From positions 372,001 to 436,000 of the forward strand of contig MU058387.1 in NCBI GenBank assembly GCA_013265495.1: a DNA stretch of 64,000 bases, written 5' to 3'. The DNA comes from Vicugna vicugna. Taxonomy: Eukaryota. The position numbers were made by a program, and so were the translations under genes. The notes beneath the pieces are model-generated. The model ran no database searches. It was not told the DNA's origin and was given only the letters and a program-made list of their open reading frames with translations. Position 1 is the first letter of the stretch, and every line of letters starts with the position of its first letter. This document shows positions 9,825 to 21,800 of the stretch, in pieces.

Positions 9825-11640
9825 ACATCCCACTGACCAGGAGCCACTCAAATGGTAGCAACTAATTGCAAGAGAAGCTGGAAAGTGTAGTTTTCTCCTA
9901 TATATCCTGGCTCCTCTGTTACCTCTTCAGAGCAGTCCCTCAGCTGTTGGAGAGGCTGCCTTCCAGGCTTAAGTCCTGAGAAAGTCTACTGAGTAAAACA
10001 TAATTCTCAACTTTTAGGTTGTGCTTTTTTTTTTTTTAAGTCAACAAAAGGAAATGGATTTGGAGAATACTTATTTACCCAGTCTCTGACATAGTCTGCC
10101 CTCTTGGGTACCAAATATCTCCATCCTTTTACATGTAGAATATACTCCCCACTTTTCGCAAGGGAGATAGAATAAAGTTTCATCTGCCCACTGCTTCCAA
10201 CTCAAAGTCCAGGATCCCTGGGTGACCACATACCTGTTTAAGTCAAGAAGCGGCTCTTCATCCAAATTCAATAAGATGAGAAGGTATATTTCCTGCACCT
10301 TCCCACTCTACAATACAAAATGGCAGACTGAAGCTAGGATAGCTACAATCAATACTCCCATCTGGAAAACAAAATTATGGGAGATCCACTGCGACCAATA
10401 GCCTGTAGCATGACGAAGCTCTGCCAGGAAAGCCTACAAGATCCCTGTGCCCTTGTGGGGAAGGGTCCAGGTGAGACCCTACTCCTCCCTGGGATGACAT
10501 CTTTTGTCTTTTGTTCTCTATGGCCCATGGCTCCACTCTCCAGAAGGCTCTCTTTCCTCTGATGCTCTACCTCCCCACACCTGAGGCAGGTGTCTGTGAG
10601 AAAGTCCCTTTTGGGTCACCAACAACCTTCATAACTCACTATCTGAGACTCTAAGTTTCTGGGCATCCGAGAGTTGTTTTAATGATAAAACAGTTAACAT
10701 CTTCTTTAATGCTGTCACTCAGGTTCATGGAGCCTTTGGAAATAATGCTCAAAAAGTCATATTGTTTGTCTGTTTGCTTCCACTTGCCACTTTACAGCTG
10801 CGACTACACCCAAACCCTTTCCTGTACTTCATTTTGAAGGCTAATTTATTTCTTCACTTTCTCATCTCTGTGAATCTCTCTCAGGTAGCCGGAGAGTACC
10901 TGAAAGAATAAGTAAGAAGGACACACATTTAACTTGAATTTTTCTAAAGGGCAAAAATCTGACGTCCTTGAGGGCTTTTGTCAAAACCCTTTTTTCTTTT
11001 TCCAGTTTAATATCCTACTGTTTGGGACCTAGAAGCAATAAGCTTTCCCAACTCTTTTGAGACTTTAAATTTCTAGGCTTTCTCTATTCCCTTCACTTCT
11101 GCTTGTGAATTGACCAATTCTTTCCTGGTTCAGTATTTTCTTATAATACGTTTTGTTATAAGCAAAAAGTAGATAAAAAAAACACATTATCACTCAGGTG
11201 CTTTCCAACTCTGTACGTAAAAACATGGACTAGAAAATAATTTTCTTTGTAGATGTCGGTGTCACAAGTATTTTGCTGCTGTAAGACATGCCTGTCTGAC
11301 TTTCCAACCTCTGAAATCAGTGTCCTCTCTGTCTGCTGCTTGACTACCAGGTCCGTGACACTAATTTGGTGTTTGTCATGCAGCATCCTTCTACTGAAAG
11401 GCACTAATTTCTGTTTGTAAGGTAACCCTGACGCCATAATAGGTATGCCCCAAAGTCTAAGTGGCTCAGTACATAAAGTTTATTTATCACATACATTTCA
11501 AAACAGGAGTTTATGACCCATATGTGATTCTCCTTCAGATGGTGTTTCTCAGATTCCACCATGTTGTACACAGAGTTTCCAAGAAGAGAACATGGAGACT
11601 TGTGCATGGCATGTTTTTTATAAGTAACGTCTAGAAGTGA
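9825..11640 (-). mobile_element. Old MaLR (MLT1J/K-like) element: LTR part, internal region (about 10092-11411), LTR part
   Basis: LTR motifs gcaagagaagctggaaagtgtagt and cagtctctgaca (ends 10091); internal-region motifs ctcaaagtccaggatc and aatcaatactcccatctggaaa; second LTR from about 11412 (ccccaaagtctaagtggctcag..aaagtttattt). Confidence 0.6.
9900..10045 (+). mobile_element. ERV1-class LTR, 3' portion
   Basis: gagcagtccctcag..gagaggctg..ggcttaagtcct..taaaacataattctcaacttttaggttgtgc..tttt..agtcaaca. Confidence 0.6.
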
Positions 11641-11710
11641 TGTATTAGCTCAGGATCCCTAACAAAATGCCATAGACTGTGGCTTAAACAACAGAAGTTT
11701 ATTTTCTTTG
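11641..11710 (-). mobile_element. MLT1 LTR end fragment
   Basis: tgtattag..taacaaaatgccatagactgtggcttaaacaacagaagtttatttt. Confidence 0.65.
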
Positions 11711-12038
11711 GTACTTTGGTAAGTTCCTGTAAATATTTATTTTATCACAGGTAATGTTAAATAAGAGTGCATCCTTCCAGTGCTAAAAGAGACCAGTGTT
11801 ACAGCATTGATGAGGAGTGGTAGACCTCGTTTGTCTGCATGTGGCTTTGAGACCTCATGTATAATGTTTATAAACTCTATGAGCTTCAGTTAATTCACCT
11901 GGAAAAAGAAAATGACTTAATGCCAAGTGATCACATATAGGGTTCATACTTTTTCATTCTTGCTCTTTTATTTTATGTTAATATGTTGCATAATAATCAT
12001 TAAAATATAATTTTAATCAATGTATTTTTCAACATATT

Positions 12039-12790
12039 TGTCTTAGTCTCAATTCCCCCAAAAGAAGATTTTGGGGCAAAAATTCAGGAGCAAGGATCTG
12101 GGTAAGAGTTGAGATTTGGATATAAAACATCCTCTTTTCAAAGAAAGAAACCAGTTATAGTGTAAGCAAACAGAGCTCTAATGACTTACTTCACCAAAGG
12201 AGAACACTACATAGACAATTTTCAGCAGGTGCTATTAGAGAAATGGTTGTACAACATTTATTGCTGATGGGTTGGACTCAAAGGTTCTTAGGGTGGGACA
12301 TCCATCAGAAGGAGACAGTGTTTGTATTGGTTGATTTCTTAACTCAGCTTGGTGCAAGCTGGACAAGGATCTGAGCAAAGAAGAATGTGTATTCAAGTCA
12401 CAAGACATTCTGTGGTTTTATTGCATAACTGATAAGGGTGATTTTTAATTTCTCAATCTTACACAATCAATGGGCGTGGTGGTTCTGGTTCTCACAGGGA
12501 AGGGAGGAAAACTGGTAAAAGGTGGATTAACACGTAGGTTACATTCAGTGGGGGTGGGGAGAAAACGGGTATTTATCTTCACATTCCTTATGGGTTAAGG
12601 GTTGCTTCTGGGATGTTAGCTCCCTGGCAGTCCTGGCTGCCCAATCTACTGGCTTTGCAGACTGGAGAGACCAGAGAAATTCCTAGGAAGGGAGACACAA
12701 GAAGCCACGGACATGTTTGGGAACTCTGAAGGTCATGCACCAGGTTAGACTGAGAAGGCAGGAGGGAGGAGAACACACGTGTGGCATTTG
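12039..12790. mobile_element. ERVL-type LTR (LTR33/LTR16-like), probably interrupted by another element
   Basis: tgtcttagtctcaattcccc..aagaaga..; gggtatttatc..gggttaagggttgcttctggg..tagctccctggca. Confidence 0.45.
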
Positions 12791-13339
12791 CTAACTGTGT
12801 TTAAACACAGTGAGAAAGAAAGAAAGAGAGAAAGAAAGAAAGGAAAACAATTTAGTTTTTACATTTAATTATAGACTTAAATTTTGCATTTCTTCTTAGA
12901 TTGCACAATTTTGAAAAATAAAGTGTACTGACTCAGGGTGAGTGAGAAATTATTTTTGTAGTAAACACAGAAAAATGTGGAATTTCAGTTTTGTCTAAAC
13001 TTATCCTCTGGTGATTGTTAAACTGTTTATCACATACACACAATGGAACAGAACTATTCTTCAATAATATTAGTCTAGAGACAATAAAAATCTAAGTTTT
13101 AACTGGTGATATCCTGTAGTTTAAAGCTCTAAAGCATTAAACATTACAAAATAAAATTCCAGGCTGTATTCTAATGCTTAAGTGAATTGAGAAGACTTAA
13201 ATTGAGAGGTGTACTAAACATTAATCTACCATGCTTGTTAAATATGTCTGGAGTTTAGTCCACGTTAAAAACAAAACAAATAGATTCACCAGATTGATTA
13301 TCCAGTAGAGCTTCCCATGATTTGGATTTTGCCTATTGC

Positions 13340-14120
13340 AGGCCCACAATATAGCATAAATCACTGAAAGGCCCAGAAATAATGATTAATCTGGTAGCAA
13401 TAAACAACTCTACTAGCACTCAAATTATAATCTTGGGGATCCATTCAAAACTGAAACAAACCAGGGATTTTTAGAAAAATGAGTAACTTTAGGTCTGGAT
13501 CATAAAATCTACAAGATGATCTTGGGCCACCTTCTATCACCAAATTGCAAGGAACTGTCAAGTACTCCTGGAGTCATGTCGAAATGACTCAGGAGTCAAG
13601 ATAAGGAGGCTCCCACTGGTCAAAGATGGAATTATATGAGCATCAGTACAGACAAACAATTCAATAGATGTAAACCCATCAACTGTGTTTAAATTCCATG
13701 ATTTCAAAATGATACCCATCTCCCCCATGCAAAATCTAATGGATCCTTTCAGAAGAGGCTATGAAGCCAACAATTTCTTTTGAAACAGATAAATGAAGAA
13801 GAAAAAATAAGCATCTATCCTGTCTTTTCTATACAAAATACACAACTGAAAACCAACTAGTAAAAGTGAGAAAGTGTCTAGTTACAAAATTATTTCACAA
13901 ATAGGTAAAAGGAATAGCCCCATTCGCAAGCCCTTGCTTTGAACATCAGTGACTCTGACAACCCAGAAAAGAGGCAACCAGACATCACGTGCCATTTGAT
14001 GAATGATACACCACCATCTAAGAAATAGTCTTGCCAAAAAAATCAACCCTCAATACGGTTACGCCTCTGGATATAACAACCAAGTCACAGAACATTCCAA
14101 GGACAGTAGAATATTCTTGA
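13340..14120 (+). mobile_element. Old L1 (L1MC4/5-like) 3' region
   Basis: aaaccagggatttttagaaaaatg..tctacaagatga..ctcaggagtcaa..gaggctcccactggtcaaagatgg..gtcttgccaaaaaaatcaacc. Confidence 0.65.
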
Positions 14121-17100
14121 TGCCAACGATCTCATTTTTCACTAAGAATCATCATTTTCTTTGACTTCTTTACATTTTTTTTCATGTCTTTAGTGAGCAC
14201 TGTCATTGGCTTTCTTTTTAGAAGTATGTCCAACAAATATAACGCTTGGTTTTCTTACTTTATACAAACTACCACCTAAACTGCAGTCGCCAAGGAGCAG
14301 CCGTACCTCCTCGAGGTGTGGCTGCAGTGTACTCAGCAGGGCTTCTTCATTAACTACATCACTCACCAGCCTTTCAAAACGCTTGATTCCAATTTGTGCC
14401 ATAGCTCAATTATAAATTACAACAGGTTGTGGACCTCTGGGGTCAGACTTTATTAGTAGAAACTGTGAGTGTTAAGTCAACAAATTTAATTGGTCTGATT
14501 TAATATCTGCAGCAGTTATAAGGCAAAAGAAGCATAATGTCAGGTGTGAATGTTCATGGGTCCTTTCCTCCATCCTGCAGACAAAATCTGAATGAATTCA
14601 GCATTCAGTGTAGAGCCTTGTTAATAAATCTCATGGATACAGGAGAAAAAAATTGAATGGATTTTTAAAAATAGCCTACGTGTAGAGACATATTTTTGTA
14701 GTAAATCAAAAGTTTGAATTAAGCAGGTGTTGCTCCAACACTTCCTTGTTGCCTGCTCTCTATTTATACTCACATGAACTTTCTCTTTGGAGTTTCTTTT
14801 GAGAGGACCAGAAAAAAAACCCCAAATCCCTGCAATATTTTTAAGTCTGTATTTTAAAATACTCAAGGCTGAGAAATTATTCATAAAGGAAAGACTTGTG
14901 ATTTGCAAGAGCCAACAGTTGCAGCTCAAAATTGTCAGTTTCAAAGGTAACGAGGCATAAAAGTTTAAAACATAAGTAACATCTGGAAATGTTTTTTAAA
15001 AAGCCTATTTTCTTTCTTATCTTATCCTATCGTCAGCTTAAGAAAATGATGGATATTTTTTCCTAGCAGTCAATAGATTATATAAAATTCTATCCACATA
15101 AAATTGAGCATATATTTTAGTCTACCAAAAGTGAGTTATTTCTGTAAATGTCAAAAAACAAGTCTACTTCACTTTGTGGCATAATCATGATCCTATAAAC
15201 CTGTGGATGAACCAAAATCTTTTTACATTAAAAAAAGAATTATGTATATTTCAATATTTTCAATATTCAAATGGTAATGGTAATAGTAAATGTAAAAAAA
15301 ATATATATATATATATGAATTCATTTTAAAATTAAATGGTATTAATTGGCTTCAATTTAGTGTGAAAGAGCTTAAGAAAAAATGTAAAAGATGGACTGGA
15401 GGAACTTTTGTTAATGATGGCCAAAGACAAGAATTTTTTTCTTGTGAGAAGCGCAAAACTGATGGAGACAAATACACATATTCATACACATCCTCACATA
15501 CACACATACACACACACACATACACACAGAGCCGTTTTCTTAATGTGATATAGTCTTTGTCTTTTATCTATTCCTGTCATTTCTTGTCAGATAATAATGC
15601 TTGAATTTTTAAAATCAGCTATTAAGTCTGTATATCAAATTGTACTGAATATTTACAGGCTGAGCTGACCAGCAGTGAGGCTATTGGTATTATCAGCCAT
15701 CTTGTCATGAAGTTACATTATATCCGCCCACTCTAGATTCATGTTAACATCCAGTACTCATAATTTTATTAAAAATAAAGAGGTGCTTTATGACTATGGG
15801 ATTCCTTTGCTCTACTGGTCTAAAATAATTTAAAAAAGAAATGAATTTATTTGGGGATGTTTTATGCCTAGTAAGCCCCTGCTGGTCCCCAGTGCCTATG
15901 ACTTATTTTATTATTTAAGAAATACACTTTCATAACATCTCTTGAGGAATTAATATCAGGGGTTCTGGAATACATTTTAACATCTAAGAATTTCTATGTT
16001 TCCAGTGTCACCAATACACTTGCATCTCCTTAGTATTCTAATGCCTCTCTAGCTTCCATCATCACTAAAAAAAAAAATCAATAAAAATCCAATATTATAC
16101 CTGCAAAATCTGCCTACACTCTGGCTAGTCATTTGAATTCACTCAGAGATTTGAATTCATTCAGAGAATTGGGATGCCTTTTAGTAAATTTCTCACACAT
16201 ATTTTGCTGTTTTAATCTATTCTTCCTAACGGTTGTTTTAGCATAATAGTAACACTCCAAATGTACTTAATGAATGAGTGCACAAAATCATTCCATTAAC
16301 TACTTTAAATTTCCTTTTAAGAATCTCTCAAAAATGGATGTTAAATTTGTTGTTAAACTAGTGGGAAAATATGAAGTATTAATAGAAACTTCTGTGCATC
16401 GTTTGAAACATCTCTATCCTTTATTCACATTTTTAAGGATATTTCACTATTTTAATAATCTCTTATAGCTACTCATGTTAAGAAATGAAAATGAATTCCA
16501 CACAAGAAGATACTTATTGAGTCTTTCTGAACAGGGTTCTACTTGACTAGTGAGTACAATTTTATTTAAAATCCTAAAAGGAAAAATTCAAATGGAATTA
16601 AAGACTCCATAAATAGAAGTTACTTAGTAGGTCAAACACACATTTTTATTTGTGTAAAATAAGCTCTGATTCTTTAGATTTTTCAGTATTTGCCATAAGT
16701 ACACTGCAAACTGTGACTTTATTTCTGACACTATATATACTTACATTATAGATAAACATTTAAAAATAGTGTCCAATTATTATAACAAGTCTTGCATCAC
16801 TCGCAGGGGAAGGCTATGTATTTACTGGCTTCATTTCTTTTATTCTGTCTGGTTCTGTCACAATGAGGGATTTCAAATAGTTCAAGGACTTTCTCTGCCA
16901 TAAGCCAAGGTCTTGGCACACAGTAACTGCTCAATAAATATGGACAGAATAATCAATACAAAAATTCACACAAAACAGTACCAGAATATGATGGGTGAAG
17001 GGTCTCTGGGCAGGTTCTTCTCTGTAAGCAGTTGTATTAAATACTGATCCATAGTCACAAACAACCAGCTCCTCACAAAATTCACCATGAATCCTGAGTA

Positions 17101-17424
17101 CAAACTGAAAGAACTCCACAGTGTTTACCCCTGTGATTTAAAAGAAGTTCAGCGTGAGTAATAGTAAGCAGCATCATGCTGGACTGAACTTCAAGTATAT
17201 TTCCTAAGCTTGTGACACTAACGTCCATGAACCCGCGTACCAGATGGGGTCTGTGCGACAGTGCAACCTCGTGGAGCGGGGCTGGCTAGCGCGTGCTGCC
17301 GTCTCAGGACCTGGACACAACAGACTTAGAGCAGTTGAACCCACTGTGCTCCCAACACTTACGGTAAAGCCCTACTAAGGACAGGCCACTTAGGTTACAG
17401 TAAAACACACAGCATGTGAAACAG

Positions 17425-17525
17425 CAATGAAAAGAGAAGAAACACAAGGGAAAAGGGGAAAGGGGAGGGGCAGGAGGAAGAGGAGAGGGAAATGGGCAGC
17501 GGAGAGGAGGGCACGGAAGAAAATA
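17425..17525. repeat. Purine-rich (GA) low-complexity tract
   Basis: Seen directly. Confidence 0.7.
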
Positions 17526-17909
17526 CTTGGGAAACAAACTCTGAATTTTTCTCAGTGGTTTTCCTACAGAATGGAGACACCATTCAAAACTTTCATCCTA
17601 AATAGAAGTTCAGAGGAGATATCTGTTTCCACCAAGAATTGCATGCCGCATCATCCCCAAATTATCCTTCAACTGCAGCAGTTGGAATCTTGACCATTCT
17701 AACAGAAGACACTGAAATACATAACTGATTGATTGTGCTATCTTATTCTTGGTTTTAAGGACAGGTTGGTATTCTGCAACACTTGATATATATTTTATAT
17801 GTATTATATAGTCTAATATTAAGGTTCTGTTCATCTGCACAGAACAAAAAAATCCAAATAACAAATAAGTTCTTTTAAAAAAAATGTTCAAAATAAGCAC
17901 TCCATCCAA

Positions 17910-18105
17910 AATATCAGAGCATGGTTGCCAGAGTCCTAAGCTCCATGTCTTTTTGTACTAAATTATTCTTAGAAAATGCCTTATGTATTCAAAATCACCT
18001 CAAGGTACAAGATAGTTGCTGGAGCTCCAGCCACCATGTCTGCATTCTAAGGAGAGAAAAGGAGAAAAATATATGAGGGGGAGGGAAGGAATCATGCCTG
18101 TCCCT
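17910..18105 (-). mobile_element. MLT1J/K-like LTR, first part (resumes at about 20700-20880)
   Basis: caagatagttgctggagctccagccaccatgtctgcattc. Confidence 0.55.
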
Positions 18106-18109
18106 TAAT

Positions 18110-20690
18110 TTCTTTTTAAAGGAAGTAACAGTTATAGGGAATAAAATGCGTAAATATGAAGTGCACCATTTGATGAGTTTTGAAACATGAATATACTTGT
18201 CAAACCATGACGCACATCAAGAAATAGATTATTTCTATCCCTCTATAGAGTTCCCTCATGCTCTCTCCCTATCAATCCCTACCCCAAATGGATAACACTT
18301 TTCTTATTTCTTTTTTATACAAACTGAACTACACGGTAGGTATAATGTTTTTTACATTTGTTCATGTTGTATTGTTCATCAGTTCATTTCTTTTTAAAAT
18401 GCTGAGTAGTTTTCCATTATATAATCATATCAAATGCTAATTTATTCTTTTGTTAACAGATATTTGGGTTGTTTCCAGTTTGGGGTTATTATGAGTAAAG
18501 TTCCTATAAACATTCTTGAACAATTATTTTTGTGGATGTTTAGGTAAATATCTAATTTGGAGTGAAATTACTGCTCATAGTATGTTTAACTTTATAGAAA
18601 CTGTAAGAGTTTTCCAAAGGGGTAGCACCATTTTATATTCCAACCAACAATATTTCAATTGGTCCACATCTTTACTGATGTTTGGTTTGGCAGATTTTAA
18701 AATTTTATTCGTTCTAGTGCATCTCAGTGTGATTTTTATTTTTTTTCTCTGATGATGAGTGATGTTAAATATTTTTTCATGTGATTGTTAGCCATGTGTA
18801 TACTTTCTGTGAAGTGTTTAGTCTTTAGCCCATTTTTAAAAATGGCTATGTGTATATTTATTTATGAAATTGTAGCCATTTATGTATTATGGGTACAAGT
18901 CCTTTAATATGAACATTTCAAATATTTTTTGAAGTCTTTGGCTTGTTTGTTCAGTTTCTTGGTGGTGTTTTTTAATTTTGATAGAGTTCAAGTTAGTTAT
19001 TGTAAGGCTAGTATGTTGGTTGCTAAACAATCTTTGCTCACCAGCAAGTTGCAAAAATATTCTCCCATGTTTTCTAACTTCTAGGGTCTTTGTTTTTCCT
19101 TACTTTACAATTGCCAAGTTCTATAAAAAAAAAATTAACTAGTCTATTGAGATTTAAATAGTTTAGTTAAACCTAGGTATCAGTTTGAAGAGTACCTCTT
19201 AACAAAGTTGAATTTTCCAGCCTACAAATATGGCGTATCTCTCCACTTCTAAGATCGTTTTGAATTTCTCTTGACAATATATGTGACTTTTCAATATACA
19301 GAAATTGTATATATGTTTTGTCAAATGTGCTGATATTCATGAGGGACATTGGCCTTGCAATATTCTGGAAATGTTGGAAGGGTATTTTCTCCCTTTATAT
19401 TTTGAAAGAGGTCCTGTGAAATTGGTATTGTTTTTCCATAAGTGTATGATAGACTTCATTATTGAAGCCATCAAGGCCTGGAGTTTTTGCTGGAAGATTT
19501 TTATTACAATTCAATTTATTTAATAACTATAAGAGTATTTAGAGTTTCTATTTGTGTCTTTCTCAATTGAATAGGTTTTAATTTTTAAGATTTGTCCATT
19601 TCATCTATGTTGTTGAGTTGTCTGCCATAAAGTTATTTATAATATTGCCATATTGTTATTATTTTAATGCATGTAGAATTTGTAGTGATAGCTTCCAGTC
19701 CTGTACTGGTAATCTTTCTTTCCTTCTCTCCCTCTCTCTTTTGCTTGCACACTCTAAGCCTTTCTATTTGGCTGGGGTTTAATAATTATGTTAAACTTTA
19801 AAAAAATGTATCTTTCCTCAATTTCTTATATCTTTCCAATATTTCATCAATTTTTCATTATGGAACGCATTTTCCTGCTTCGTATATCTAGGTACTTTTC
19901 ATTTTGTAGTGGATATTGTAGGTACTATATTCGTAGGGAGTTTGGATTAAGCTGATAATCTTTAAAAGTTGTTGAGCTATGTTCCATAGGCAGGCACATT
20001 ACTGGGAAAGCCTTTGATCCCTTATTCTGTGTTAGGATTGGTCTGGTCTATCACAGTTGTGTCCTTAGTCTGAGGGTGTGCCTCTTATTCTAGAGAATGT
20101 TTCTTACTCCAAACACAGGGCACTTCAAGGATGTCAACCGAATGCCCCAGAGTCTCAGGTCTCTCAACTCTGGCTGGACCAGAATTCCAATGCCTCTCAG
20201 TTCTATTCAGCCTCTTCTATGCCTTATCGGCTCTCAGTTCTACAAGCCTATTCTTTGCTAGGCTTTGTCGGGCCCCACCCTGCACACAGAATGTCAAGAA
20301 TTTGGCCACAGACCTGCGTTGAACTTCCATGCAGACTTTCAGACACATTCCTCTGGGCAGCTCCTCTGTACAGCTTCCTGGCCCCCAAAACTGAGCACTT
20401 GAAAAGGCTGAAATTCCAATCTCTGCCCTTCAGCCCAGTAAGATCCCCATTCAACTTCAAGCTCCACTTCTCTGCGCTAAGGTAAGAAAGTTACGCCATT
20501 CAGAGAGCCTGGGAGAACGTGGCTCTGCTCCTTTTCTCTCAAGGATATTAGCCCTGCTCTGGCTGCTGTGTAATGCATTAGAGAAGCCATCCGGTACATT
20601 TTTTGTGTATCAGTTTGGGGTAGTGAATTTTATAGTTTGGGGTAGTAAAGGCGCAAGTCCAGTATTAGTTACAGTTATGGCCAGAATGAA
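18110..20690 (-). mobile_element. Old L1 (L1ME-like), internally deleted or fragmented
   Basis: gatgagttttga; gctgagtagttttccatt; gatatttgggttgtttccagtttgggg; ttttatattccaaccaacaa; tttgtccatttcatcta; 5'-region-like sequence near 20000-20690. Confidence 0.75.
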
Positions 20691-20699
20691 AGGCTCAGG

Positions 20700-20880
20700 G
20701 AGACCTCCTTTAAAAGAGTTTTCCTTGAAATCTCACCCATGCTTGTCTCACGTATCATTGACCACATCTATCCGCAAGAGAGGCACAGAAAGCAGTATTC
20801 TAGTAAGACTCATTGGTGCCTCCAACAATATGAAAGTCTTTTTAAAGATGAAGGGGGAGCTGGATACTGATTAGCTAACT
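20700..20880 (-). mobile_element. MLT1J/K-like LTR, second part
   Basis: tcacgtatcattgaccacatcta..gcaagagaggc..gaagggggagctggatactg. Confidence 0.55.
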
Positions 20881-21389
20881 GTTTTGAAAATGATTTACTA
20901 CCCTCAGGGTGTTTTATAGACAATTGTAAAGGGCAACAGTGATATTATATTGAGTATGTCTAATATGTTTGTAAGATACACAGCTTCATTTAGAATGAGC
21001 CTTGGAAAGTACAGAATCTTTGTCTTATTCCTTTTTTCCTAAAGTTCCTAACTCATTACCTTGCATGTGCCTTAACAATTTTTTTTTTTGCTAATTTCAT
21101 CCAAACCCTGACTCTCTTTCATACAGTTTTAAAAATGTGGTATGAATTAGTATTTGCAAGTGAAATCTAAAACAATAAATTAAAAAAAGAAGCAAACAAA
21201 CAAAAACATTTTCCCTTTTTGATGCCATAAAATTTAAGTTGGAGTTAAAACACACAAAAAAAACTTCCTTGAAAGTAGCAGAGACAGTTGACTCAGAGTA
21301 ATTTTACAATTCGTGGACTATTATGTAGTAATAGATGCTTGGGGGGCGTCTACCTATTCCATAAACATTTGTGGAAAGCTGCTCTCTGC

Positions 21390-21800
21390 TCTGCTCCATG
21401 GGAACAAGAACCAGTCATCCTGTTTTCAGTATGTAACCCTGAAATTTCCTTTTCAGGGGTAGGAAAACACAACTGAGGTTAGCCAATCATATTTTTTTCC
21501 CAGTGTGTTTCAGATGAGGTTCAGGATTGCTAATCAAGCTTTTCTGCTCACTTGATACCAGAGACATTTCTGTTACCACATTTACTGAGAAGTGGAGCAA
21601 AAGTGTTCACCAATACGAGGAAGCAAAGCAGATATAAAAAGATGGTTGGAGATATGAATTTTGCCCTACATTTGACAGTATGTTTCCTGTCCCAATTTTG
21701 CGTAAGATCAAATCATACATTCTAATATTTTCTCCCATTTTAGCCTAACCTACCTTGAGTCAGTTTGTTACTTGTAACCAAATGACTTTAATGGAACCAT
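21390..21800 (+). mobile_element. MLT1J/K-like LTR
   Basis: ggttagccaatca...ttgagtcagtttgttacttgtaaccaaa. Confidence 0.45.

Noticed and set aside
13565..13596. Hairpin ctcctggagtcat..atgactcaggag
   Set aside because: It is short, lies within an old L1 3' region and has no independent sign of function.
20078..20485. 135-aa ORF
   Set aside because: It lies inside an old L1 region and shows no recognisable domain.
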